Notes: generated by a model from the letters alone, not told the origin. A stretch of 64,000 nt of DNA from a virus (IMGVR_UViG_3300037047_000216:1-64000); one strand, 5' to 3'. Counted from the first letter of the stretch, positions 36,743 to 44,322 are shown. Numbers and translations: made by a program.

Positions 36743-38665
36743 TTACAGCTGGAGGAGCGGGGTGTCCAGGATCTCCTGGATCAGCGTTTTGCGCGGCTGC
36801 GCGGCGGGCGTGGCACGGCGAGCCATCGAAACCGGCGTCGACGCGATGAGGTTGCGCAGCGTGCGGGTGATCGCGTAGGGGTCGCTGAACAGCGACTCCT
36901 CGATCGTGAGGCACGGGATCCCCATCTGCTGGGCCGTCCAGCGGACGATCTCGCCGTTCTCCCCCGGAACTTTCAGGAGCCCGAAAGCTCCGGGCGTCAC
37001 CCCGTAGGTGCGGAACACTTCGATCATCCGCTGGTTGTTGTACTCGCCCTCGTCTCCGACGAACAGGAACAGCGCATCCTCATCCGGACCCGGCTTGTGC
37101 GTCCGGAGCAACACCTCGACGCCAGCGGCGTAACACGTGCTGCCACCCGCGTTGAACCTCGAGAACGCGTTCTCCACGCCCGCCGAGGTCGGTGCCTTCA
37201 GCGTAACTTCGACCCCGATCGAGTCAAACACGCTGATGTGGGTACGGTCGGTCGGGAACCCTCCGAGGAACCGAGTCAAGTACTCTTTGGCCTTCGCGAT
37301 TGCCGTATGCATCGATCCGGACTTGTCGATCACCCAGTAGACACGCATGCCCCGGGTGGCTTCCTCCATCACACGCGCCGTAGCCTTGTCCGCTGCTTCC
37401 TGGAGGGCTGCTACGTTTTCGGTTTTCCGGACACGCAAAGCGACGTTCGCTGCCCGCTGGTTGGTGGCAGTCGCCCGCGCCACGGCCACCTTAGCGGCGA
37501 CCGACGGCACCTTGAGTACGTCCAGTTCCTCCAGCAGCGCGTAGTGGATGATCATGTCCGCGTTGGACATGCACCCGTTCTCGATCGCTGCGACCGTGAT
37601 GGCGCACGTCAGCCCTCCCCGGTAGCCGTTCGCCGGGGTTTTCACGTCCGCAGGCAGCGGGGCCGGGAGCATGCCCACGATGCGCTTCCAGTTCGGCTTG
37701 TCCTTCTCGATCCGGTTGCCGATCTCGGTCTCGGACAGGCCCACCCAGGACTCTGCCACCTTGACAGCGGCTCCGATCGCCAGTGCCCGGCGTCCGTCCG
37801 CGGCCTGAACCTGCTTCCAGCGCAGCACCTCGAAGAACCTCGCCGTGAGCGGTTTGAAACCGATCCGGCGTGCGAGTTCCATGATGGTCGTACGCCACCC
37901 GCTCTTGACGTCGCGCTCCAGTACCTTCGGGTTCAGTTCCCGATTGCGCAGCCACTTCTCGACGGCTTTCGGGTAGCGCCCGAGGAACGCCGACCGCGCG
38001 GAACGGCCGAAACCGAGTTCCCGGTTGATGGCCGCGATGCCCGGCAGTTCGAGGAACTTTCCGACTCGGAGCAGAAGCTTCGCGTCGAATCCGGTTTTTC
38101 CGCGCAGGAGGCACATGGCCTCCCCGACGGTCCTGAAGTCGTCATCGAGGAATTCGACGGTTCCGTCGGCGCCCCGCACGGGCTCTCCTGTCCGATTCTG
38201 AACGAGCAGGAATGCGGCGAGCACGACTTTCAGGTCACGGTGTTCCCGTGCCCATGCCCACGAGGCCCAGTGTGCGACGAACTCATTGTCCGACTTGAAA
38301 ACCTCTGCGACCTGTCGGTACATCCAGATCGCGACCTCCGGGAAGAACCCAGAGGTGCGGTACTGGCCGATGACACGGTTCCCGTCCCTGATGGCCCCGT
38401 CATCTCCGAGGACGCCGATGCGCGTACGGATTTTCCGCATCTTGCCCCGTCCCGCGGGAACCTGTTCCTCGCGGTACACGTTCTTCTGCCCGTCCTCCAG
38501 TTTCCAGGAGCACGGTTGCCACTTCACGCCGATGTTGGCGCTCGGGTCGGGAGTGATGTAGCCTGGACGATTGTGAATCAGGTGGTCGAGGTACTGCGCC
38601 ACCGTGTTGACGATGCGCTCGGCCGGGCCGAGGGTTTCCAGACGTTCCCGAGAGACGGCGACCAT
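36743..38665 (-). CDS. Ro60-like TROVE helical domain plus vWA protein
   Basis: C-terminal VIDKSGSM, GGST, FVGDE MIDAS; helical N-half with DNEFVAHWA, LGFGRSAR..W, GWRTTIMELARRIGFKP resembling Ro60 segments. Confidence 0.65.
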   Translation of the reverse strand: MVAVSRERLETLGPAERIVNTVAQYLDHLIHNRPGYITPDPSANIGVKWQPCSWKLEDGQKNVYREEQVPAGRGKMRKIRTRIGVLGDDGAIRDGNRVIGQYRTSGFFPEVAIWMYRQVAEVFKSDNEFVAHWASWAWAREHRDLKVVLAAFLLVQNRTGEPVRGADGTVEFLDDDFRTVGEAMCLLRGKTGFDAKLLLRVGKFLELPGIAAINRELGFGRSARSAFLGRYPKAVEKWLRNRELNPKVLERDVKSGWRTTIMELARRIGFKPLTARFFEVLRWKQVQAADGRRALAIGAAVKVAESWVGLSETEIGNRIEKDKPNWKRIVGMLPAPLPADVKTPANGYRGGLTCAITVAAIENGCMSNADMIIHYALLEELDVLKVPSVAAKVAVARATATNQRAANVALRVRKTENVAALQEAADKATARVMEEATRGMRVYWVIDKSGSMHTAIAKAKEYLTRFLGGFPTDRTHISVFDSIGVEVTLKAPTSAGVENAFSRFNAGGSTCYAAGVEVLLRTHKPGPDEDALFLFVGDEGEYNNQRMIEVFRTYGVTPGAFGLLKVPGENGEIVRWTAQQMGIPCLTIEESLFSDPYAITRTLRNLIASTPVSMARRATPAAQPRKTLIQEILDTPLLQL

Positions 38666-38726
38666 GGGATCCTCCTACGTCGCCCCGCAGCGCACAGCGA
38701 AGAAGCACAGCCACGGGAGAGCCTTC

Positions 38727-38806
38727 GCTTGTAGGCTCGGGTTAAATTGCCCCCTGTTTACAGGGACGAGTTCGAGAGCAGACGCAAATGCGTCGCTCCC
38801 CCGTGT
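38727..38806 (-). promoter_or_regulatory. structured multi-hairpin 5' leader of the TROVE gene
   Basis: CACGGG/CCCGTG closing stem (3' strand at 38711-38716) with GACGC/GCGTC, CCCTG/CAGGG, GAGCCT/AGGCTC arms. Confidence 0.55.
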
Positions 38807-38814
38807 ACGGTTAG

Positions 38815-38842
38815 CTACTCGATTTCGGGATCTGATGATCCC
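38815..38842 (-). promoter_or_regulatory. phage promoter motif
   Basis: GGGATCATC-N13-GAGTAG. Confidence 0.75.
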
Positions 38843-38892
38843 AGAGGAGGGAAAAAGGATCAGGAACACGAGTTGCGAAGCTGGTTACAAGG

Positions 38893-38965
38893 TGCAGAAA
38901 GTCGGACTTGAACCGACGACACACAGCTTACAAGGCTATTGCCCTACCAACTGGGCTATTTCCGC
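38893..38965 (-). tRNA. tRNA-Thr(TGT), second copy with different body
   Basis: loop CT-TGT-AA; GCGGAAA/TTTCTGC. Confidence 0.88.
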
Positions 38966-39008
38966 GTGTAGGCTCCGACGAGTGTGTTCCTGATTTTTGA
39001 TGGAAGGG

Positions 39009-39194
39009 TTGCGGGGACGGGTTCCATCACCAAGCGGGTACTTATGAGGGGGCACCCTGCTGATCCTCGGGATCGCGCAAGCGCAAGCACCTAGATCAGC
39101 GGCTCCCGAGGGAGCCTCCTGGATCACAGAACACTGGGTTCTGGTGCCGTCCCGCAGGTGTTTCACTGCGGAAACACGGAACCCGACCCCGCAA
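39009..39194 (-). ncRNA. 186-nt multibranched structured RNA
   Basis: 17-bp closing helix TTGCGGGGTCGGGTTCC/GGAACCCGTCCCCGCAA with one U-U; inner CCGCAG/CTGCGG, GGCACC/GGTGCC, GGCTCCC/GGGAGCC, GCTGATC/GATCAGC. Confidence 0.6.
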
Positions 39195-39201
39195 TTGGGC
39201 T

Positions 39202-39300
39202 TGGATGCGCGAGAGGACAGGCGTTACTTGCGACACCCCTATGGTCGAGGTGAGAGGGTTTCCCCTCTCATGCTTGTGTGCCAGTCCATTTGCGCACCCA
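39202..39300 (-). ncRNA. 99-nt structured RNA
   Basis: TGGGTGCGC/GCGCATCCA closing; TGAGAGGG-GAAA-CCCTCTCA hairpin. Confidence 0.5.
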
Positions 39301-39367
39301 AAACTGGTTTTCAAAAGGTTGGGAACACGCGAGGCGGCAAGCTTTGGTTTCCCGCCCGCCGGGCGGG

Positions 39368-39438
39368 AGTGGAACCGGAATCGCACCGGCAACCTTCAGC
39401 TTGGTAGGCTGACGCTCTATCTAATTGAGCTATCCTTG
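39368..39438 (-). ncRNA. tRNA-like RNA, anticodon ACC, broken acceptor stem, TGCGATT T loop
   Basis: intact D and anticodon arms (TCAGC-CTACCAA-GCTGA); only 3 acceptor pairs. Confidence 0.6.
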
Positions 39439-39466
39439 TTAGCTCGCCTGTTTGCGTGCACCCGAG

Positions 39467-39538
39467 CGCAGACGCCAGGAGTCGAACCTGGGTGTACCGA
39501 CGTTAGCTTCCGCCTAGGTAACAGAAGCCCTCGTCTGC
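39467..39538 (-). ncRNA. D-armless tRNA-like RNA
   Basis: GCAGACG/CGTCTGC acceptor, GGCTTCTG/CGGAAGCT arm, CCAGG-TTCGACT-CCTGG. Confidence 0.6.
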
Positions 39539-39577
39539 AAAAAATGAGCGCGCGAGAAGACATGCTTTTTACAATGT

Positions 39578-39650
39578 CGGCAGGAGCCGGGGTTGAACCG
39601 GCGACCTTCAGTTCCTTAAACTGACGCTCAACCAACTGAGCTATCTTGCC
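39578..39650 (-). tRNA. atypical tRNA with AAG anticodon and short variable loop (nominally Leu)
   Basis: TCAGT-TTAAGGA-ACTGA; A:C mismatch in acceptor; G73. Confidence 0.6.
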
Positions 39651-39678
39651 TTGTAGGCACGTCAGTTTGCGCGCTCAC

Positions 39679-39815
39679 TGGGGGAGGGGCCGGGAGTTGC
39701 ACCCGAACTTGTGTGCTCTGCGGGTTTGTCCCCGACGAGGACGAGGAGCAAAGCGTGTTTGCTTTGTGCTTGCTTTCAACGGGCAAGTGCCATTCTGCAT
39801 GGCGACTCCCCTCCC
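39679..39815 (-). ncRNA. 137-nt tRNA-like RNA with His-type G-1:C73 end and CCA
   Basis: GGGAGGGG/CCCCTCCC+CCA, GCCAT/ATGGC, CTTGC-CCGTTGAAA-GCAAG, extra arms, TCGGG-TGCAACT-CCCGG. Confidence 0.6.
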
Positions 39816-39873
39816 ATACTTTTCAAACCTGAAGAACCTAACAGGTTTTCAGGGGCACTTCGGAACAGGGAAA

Positions 39874-39902
39874 AGGTTACTCTTTGCGATGCTCCCTGTC
39901 AA
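39874..39902 (-). promoter_or_regulatory. sigma70-type promoter for the ncRNA cluster
   Basis: TTGACA-N17-TAACCT. Confidence 0.65.
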
Positions 39903-39913
39903 GGACTTTTTTG

Positions 39914-39986
39914 AGCGGGCGAGGGGACTCGAACCCCCGGTCTTCGGCATGGCAAGCCGACGCTCTACCAACTGAGCTACACCCGC
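39914..39986 (-). tRNA. tRNA-Gly(GCC)
   Basis: loop TT-GCC-AT. Confidence 0.93.
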
Positions 39987-40034
39987 AAAGAGGACCTCGT
40001 AGTGGGTACTGTCCCACAAAAGAAGGAGGATCTC

Positions 40035-40835
40035 ATGTACGTTTTCCAGATCTTGCAGCAAGGTGATGAAGGTGTCGAGGTAAAGCACCTGCAACGAACT
40101 TTGCCCGCGTGGTGTTGGGGCAGTCCCGTCACAGCAAGCAGCATTGACGGGAAGTTCGGGTCGAAAACCCGAGCCGCGGTCACCACCTTCCAGGAGGCTC
40201 GCGGACTGCCCGGTGACGGCATTGCAGGTCCGGAGACCTGCCGTCAGCTCGGCATCTGGGCAGAGGTCATCCCGGGGATCGATGTCTCCGACCACCAGGG
40301 GAACATTGACTGGCCCGCAGTCACCGGCGTGAAGTTTGTTTACTGCAAGGCGACCGAGGGCAAGACGTTCCAGGCGGCCTCTTTCGGTGCCAACTATGCT
40401 GGGGCTCGTGCCCGCGGTTTCCTGACCGGCGCTTACCACTTCGCTCGCGGAGGGAACACCCCGCACGAGGAGGTGGAAAACTTTTTGTCCGTCGTGACCG
40501 GACCCTGCGACCTGCCCGCGGCCCTCGATGTCGAGGGGGAATTCGCTCTGTCCGGTAAGGCAGGCGTTGCCTGGATCCTGGCTTGGCTGGAAGAGATCGA
40601 ACGCCGGACCGGCGACCGCCCCGTACTTTACACCAGCAGCCGTGTCGTGAAGCTGAAAAACCTGACTGCAGAATCCGGCCTGGAGAAGTACAAGGTTTGG
40701 TTTCCCAAGTACGGCGACCAGCCCGAGACAGTTGTCCCTTGGGACAACTGGTGGATCTGGCAGTACTCCAGTTCCGGGACTGTCCCGGGTGTTCCCACCC
40801 GGGTTGACCAGAACTGGATGTGCATCTCAAAATAG
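40035..40835 (+). CDS. endolysin: peptidoglycan-binding domain plus GH25 muramidase
   Basis: DGKFGSKT.AAV.FQ..GL..DGIAGPET; GIDVSDHQG, KATEG, GAYHF, LDVE, WQYS. Confidence 0.92.
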   Translation: MYVFQILQQGDEGVEVKHLQRTLPAWCWGSPVTASSIDGKFGSKTRAAVTTFQEARGLPGDGIAGPETCRQLGIWAEVIPGIDVSDHQGNIDWPAVTGVKFVYCKATEGKTFQAASFGANYAGARARGFLTGAYHFARGGNTPHEEVENFLSVVTGPCDLPAALDVEGEFALSGKAGVAWILAWLEEIERRTGDRPVLYTSSRVVKLKNLTAESGLEKYKVWFPKYGDQPETVVPWDNWWIWQYSSSGTVPGVPTRVDQNWMCISK

Positions 40836-40851
40836 GTACTTGTTCGGACTT

Positions 40852-41000
40852 AGTGGGCAGAGCCGTCAAGGGGTACCAGAACCGCTCCCTCTCTCCGCCT
40901 TTGGGATTAGACTCGGCCGGGTCCCCTGTAACGGGGCTGCCCCATGTGGCCGAGGGGCTTTAATCGAATGCGGAGGAGCACCTGACGGATGAACCCCACT
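40852..41000 (-). ncRNA. 149-nt rod-like RNA (possibly 6S-like)
   Basis: nested pairs AGTGGG/CCCACT, CCGTCA/TGACGG, GCTCC/GGAGC, TCCGC/GCGGA, GATTA/TAATC, CTCGGCC/GGCCGAG, CCCC/GGGG. Confidence 0.5.
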
Positions 41001-41112
41001 GGACAACGGGTTACGGGACATGGTGCTGGGTCGCCTCCCGTCTTACGTATCCAGGGTCAGTACCTTTTCAGCCCCGTGCCTGAGTCTGCCGGACGACGGG
41101 GCACCCTATTTG

Positions 41113-41434
41113 TGGGCTCAGAGGGACTCGAACCCTCGACCACCCGATTACTTACCGCACCGGGTTTCCCCGGCCCTATTGGTTGCGGTCTGGACCATAT
41201 CTTCACCCGCGAGTAATTACCCGGTAGGGTGCTCGGCGTATGGCCTCTGAGGACTCTCCCTTTTCAGGGGTTGCCTGCTGATTGCCCAATCTTTCCGATT
41301 TTCACTGCCCACTGGTGGCGAGTACGGAAAGCTCTAAGGGTGTTCCAGCATACAGCCGAGTTTTCACCCGTCCCTTTCAGGACGGGGCTCCCATCACCAA
41401 AAGTCGGATGCTCTACCAACTGAGCTATGAGCCC
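41113..41434 (-). tRNA. tRNA-Lys(TTT) interrupted by a group I intron
   Basis: joining exons gives TCCGA-CTTTTAA-TCGGG. Confidence 0.88.
41151..41399 (-). mobile_element. 249-nt group I intron without ORF
   Basis: core-like ATGCTGGAA, AATCAGCAG, CAGAGGCCAT, AAGATATGGTCC; P7 GGCCATA/TATGGTC; terminal G. Confidence 0.88.
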
Positions 41435-41468
41435 GAAACTACTACCCTTTTACTTGTCACAGAACCTA

Positions 41469-41536
41469 GGGCTAGCGGTCGGATTCGAACCGACATCCGC
41501 GGGAGCATCAACATCGGCCGTCACGCAGCGTAAGCC
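41469..41536 (-). ncRNA. two-arm tRNA-like RNA
   Basis: GTCGG-TTCGAAT-CCGAC T arm, imperfect GGCTTACG/CGCTAGCC, single CTGCG/CGCGG arm. Confidence 0.4.
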
Positions 41537-41641
41537 ACGAAGGTGTTGCAAGCAACAACCAGACGCGATGTCCCGGCCTCTTTCCTCCCCTTTGGGGTTG
41601 AGGTACTCGCCAACCGTCAACGGGTTTCCCCGTGGATCATC

Positions 41642-41669
41642 CTACTCCGAATCCGCGAAGGATGATCCC
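41642..41669 (-). promoter_or_regulatory. phage promoter motif
   Basis: GGGATCATC-N13-GAGTAG. Confidence 0.75.
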
Positions 41670-41676
41670 ATTTTTG

Positions 41677-41750
41677 TGTCCTCGGCCGGATTTGAACCGG
41701 CGACCCCATGCTTAGGAGGCATGCGCTCTGTCCAACTGAGCTACGAGGAC
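41677..41750 (-). tRNA. tRNA-Arg(CCT)
   Basis: loop CT-CCT-AA. Confidence 0.92.
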
Positions 41751-41771
41751 CCCGGAAACTCCCGGATCTAG

Positions 41772-41799
41772 CTACTCGGATTCGGGGGCACATGATCCT
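41772..41799 (-). promoter_or_regulatory. phage promoter motif (variant)
   Basis: AGGATCATG-N13-GAGTAG. Confidence 0.6.
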
Positions 41800-41910
41800 G
41801 GTTTTTAGGATATGTCGAACTCCGAACAACACGGAATAGGAGATGATACCCCTGGAGGGATTTGAACCCCCCTTGGCAATAGTCATCCTTTAGGTTCAGT
41901 TCTAATGTAA

Positions 41911-41988
41911 GGCGGGCGGGGGGAATCGAACCCCCATGTGTCCTAATTACGCTTTCAACAGGGTAGAAGCCTGAGGCGATACGCCCGC
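41911..41988 (-). ncRNA. D-armless tRNA-like RNA (candidate YrlA-like Y RNA)
   Basis: GCGGGCG/CGCCCGC, CAGG-CTTCTAC-CCTG, GTTGAAAGCG, canonical T arm. Confidence 0.6.
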
Positions 41989-41999
41989 ATGAGGTTTTT

Positions 42000-42542
42000 A
42001 TGGACTTTACATGTTACAATTGTGCATCCGTTTTTCAAAGAAACCCTTCGCAAGTCCGTTCTGAAAAAACATTTTGTTCACGGTCTTGCGCTGTCACATA
42101 TCATAACCGCAGGAAACCTAAAAGATCCGTTCAGGGTATTTGTGCAACGTGCGGGACCCCGGTCCCTGTCAGGCTCAGAAAATGTTTGGATTGTCGAGCG
42201 TCCCAAAGTGCCAAAAAACGCTCCCTGACCCTAAAAGAAACGCATGACCGTTTTTCCGTGAAGGGAAAACATCGGTCCTGGGTCAATTCTAACGTCCGCA
42301 ATCTGTGCCGGAGTTGGAACTCGTCACTGCAGAAACAACCTTGTCAGAAATGTGGGTATTCACTTCATGTTGAGTTTTGTCATATCCAACCCATTACGGC
42401 TTTCCCAGAGGAAACGGAGTTGGCCGTGATCAATGACCCCTCTAACATTATTGTGCTCTGCCGAAATTGTCATTGGGAGTTTGATCATGGTCTGTTGAAG
42501 TTAGACGAGATCCAACCTAGAGCACTGCAAGGTACCAACTGA
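42000..42542 (+). CDS. HNH endonuclease with Zn ribbons
   Basis: CQKCG...FCHI..I...NIIVLCRNCHWEFD; AT-rich. Confidence 0.85.
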   Translation: MDFTCYNCASVFQRNPSQVRSEKTFCSRSCAVTYHNRRKPKRSVQGICATCGTPVPVRLRKCLDCRASQSAKKRSLTLKETHDRFSVKGKHRSWVNSNVRNLCRSWNSSLQKQPCQKCGYSLHVEFCHIQPITAFPEETELAVINDPSNIIVLCRNCHWEFDHGLLKLDEIQPRALQGTN

Positions 42543-42558
42543 GCTACAGAGGCACAAG

Positions 42559-42632
42559 TGGGCGCGGCTGGAGTTGAACCAGCGACCCCCTGCATGTCAC
42601 GCAGGTACTCTAACCAACTGAGCTACGCGCCC
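42559..42632 (-). tRNA. tRNA-Val(GAC)
   Basis: loop GT-GAC-AT. Confidence 0.92.
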
Positions 42633-42922
42633 GATCCTCTCATGACATCCGAGATGAGTGTTCTCTCGGAATCCCCGAACACAAAATGCGTATCCCTCCC
42701 GTGCGAAAACACCCAGATCAGACCATCCTGGTCGACATCTCCATCGGTGTCCCACAGGTCTCTGGTGTCTCTGTTCCGGAAAGCGAAAAACCCACTCAGG
42801 CTGAGTGTGTCCGGTTCGTAGTGAACCTCCGGCCACACACGAGCTAGATTCTGCTGGATGACCGTCTTGCGAGGCTCATCCAAAGGACCCTCCCAAATTG
42901 CGTCACGACCTCCGATACCCAT
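42623..42922 (-). CDS. hypothetical protein
   Basis: stop is tRNA-Val T8-A9-G10. Confidence 0.55.
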   Translation of the reverse strand: MGIGGRDAIWEGPLDEPRKTVIQQNLARVWPEVHYEPDTLSLSGFFAFRNRDTRDLWDTDGDVDQDGLIWVFSHGRDTHFVFGDSERTLISDVMRGSGA

Positions 42923-42935
42923 ATCATCTCCACGG

Positions 42936-43010
42936 TGAGGGCGGCGGGGATCGAACCCGCGTTTAGGCAGATTAAGAGTCTGCTGCAAAGCCAACGTTTG
43001 CTACGCCCCC
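42936..43010 (-). tRNA. tRNA-Lys(CTT)
   Basis: loop CT-CTT-AA; atypical D arm. Confidence 0.82.
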
Positions 43011-43297
43011 TTGTCTTCCTGCTGGGGTTTGCGGAATTCCGGCAGGATCTCTTCCAGGGATACCAGCGCGTGTAGGATACGATCCCGTAGGACATCTCGG
43101 TTCTGGAATCGATCCCATTTCTCTACAACAACCCGTAGGGTACGGACGGAGCGGATCACCCCAATCGAGATCTGGTGCTTGTCATGTTTCAAGTTTTGAA
43201 CAAGGATTCGGGAGTTTCGTTCCCGCCGAAGCGCGAACAAGAGCATCACCCCGAACACGACCGTGCTGAGACAACCAAGGAGTGCTAAGGTAACCAT
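43001..43297 (-). CDS. hypothetical membrane protein
   Basis: GGAGG SD, N-terminal TM; stop is tRNA-Lys T8-A9-G10. Confidence 0.6.
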   Translation of the reverse strand: MVTLALLGCLSTVVFGVMLLFALRRERNSRILVQNLKHDKHQISIGVIRSVRTLRVVVEKWDRFQNRDVLRDRILHALVSLEEILPEFRKPQQEDKGA

Positions 43298-43585
43298 GTT
43301 GCACCTCCGTCCCTTTGATGGGATGGAGGGATTGAAAGACTAGCGAGGAATTAGAACTCGCACTCCTCGGCATCGTACCACGTTTCGAAGCGACCAGGAA
43401 AACGTACCCGGAAGCACAGACCGTGGGAGTCGGAGTAGTCCGTGACTAGCCCGCGACATTCATCCACGACCTCTTTTATGGAAACTGGGAGCCCATCAGC
43501 GGTGGATCGGCGCCGCTACCCAGGTGCTCTCCCTGGGCCTCAACTACAGTTCCCTACAAAAGAGCTTTCGGGAACCTGATGGACT

Positions 43586-43659
43586 TGGCGAGGGCGAGGG
43601 GACTCGAACCCCCCTTACGTGATAGACAGTCACGCGCCTTCCCTGATGGCTACGCCCCC
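43586..43659 (-). tRNA. tRNA-Asp(GTC)
   Basis: loop CT-GTC-TA, G73, CCA. Confidence 0.85.
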
Positions 43660-43703
43660 ACAGCCGGAACCCCCGAGGGGGATCCGACGCTCCCCCCTGG
43701 CTG

Positions 43704-44036
43704 TTACCCCAAACGGGAGATGATCAACGATTCGATTGCGGACGCGAAATCGGCTCCGTAGGATCCGAAGTCACGTCCGTTCTCCAGCCGGAACTGGAGA
43801 TCCCTCCAGGTCGTCATCTCCGGCTCCCACTGGTTCTCCAAGCCGTAGCAGGAGCAGTGGTAGCCGTGGACCTCATACAACAGCCCACAACGCTCGAAGA
43901 GTACGAAAGCGTAACCCTCGTAACTCGGAATGTCGTAAGCCGCGATGAGGACGTTGACATCCTGGAGGACGTCCTCGCTGATCTGGAACTCGCGGATGAT
44001 GTCGTCGTTGGACTCGAAGTTACCGAAGTAGCTCAT
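43704..44036 (-). CDS. hypothetical phage protein
   Basis: GAGGAG SD; YEVHGYHCSCYGLE.QWEPE. Confidence 0.7.
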   Translation of the reverse strand: MSYFGNFESNDDIIREFQISEDVLQDVNVLIAAYDIPSYEGYAFVLFERCGLLYEVHGYHCSCYGLENQWEPEMTTWRDLQFRLENGRDFGSYGADFASAIESLIISRLG

Positions 44037-44125
44037 GGGATCCTCCTCTAGTTTGGAACACGCAAGTCCCTTACGAGGGAGGCCCAACGACTCAACCTCC
44101 GTGACTTCCAAGGAACCGATCTAAC

Positions 44126-44153
44126 CTACTCTAAAACGGGACTGGATGATCCC
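44126..44153 (-). promoter_or_regulatory. phage promoter motif
   Basis: GGGATCATC-N13-GAGTAG. Confidence 0.75.
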
Positions 44154-44239
44154 AAAAACTGCCCGAGTACGGAGTCCAGTTTGCACTCTGGGTACAAAGG
44201 AGGCGCTTTAGGCACTCTAACGGGGTATCCGGATTCGGG

Positions 44240-44313
44240 TCAGGGTGAGAGGATTTGAACCTCCGGCAACTGCTTCCCAAAAGCAGAGCTCTACCAAGCT
44301 GAGCTACACCCTG
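44240..44313 (-). tRNA. tRNA-Pro(TGG)
   Basis: loop TT-TGG-GA. Confidence 0.92.
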
Positions 44314-44322
44314 ATATTCAAG

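Larger units (their letters stand above)
41846..42553 (-). pseudogene. split tRNA (5' piece 42530-42553, T arm/acceptor piece 41846-41872) flanking an HNH gene
   Basis: GCCTCTG-TAGCTCAGTTGGTA pairs with GGGGG-TTCAAAT-CCCTC-CAGGGGT-A. Confidence 0.5.

Noticed and set aside
37097-38734. 545-aa plus-strand ORF
   Set aside because: Antisense shadow of the TROVE-vWA gene
41911-41988. amber-suppressor or pyrrolysine tRNA implying TAG recoding
   Set aside because: The 7-nt loop centres on TCT, and many clear genes end in TAG at natural protein ends, so the standard code fits
43345-43554. further tRNA-like RNAs near tRNA-Asp
   Set aside because: Hairpins are present (CCCAGG/CCTGGG, AGCGG/CCGCT) but T loops and acceptor stems are too degenerate to call
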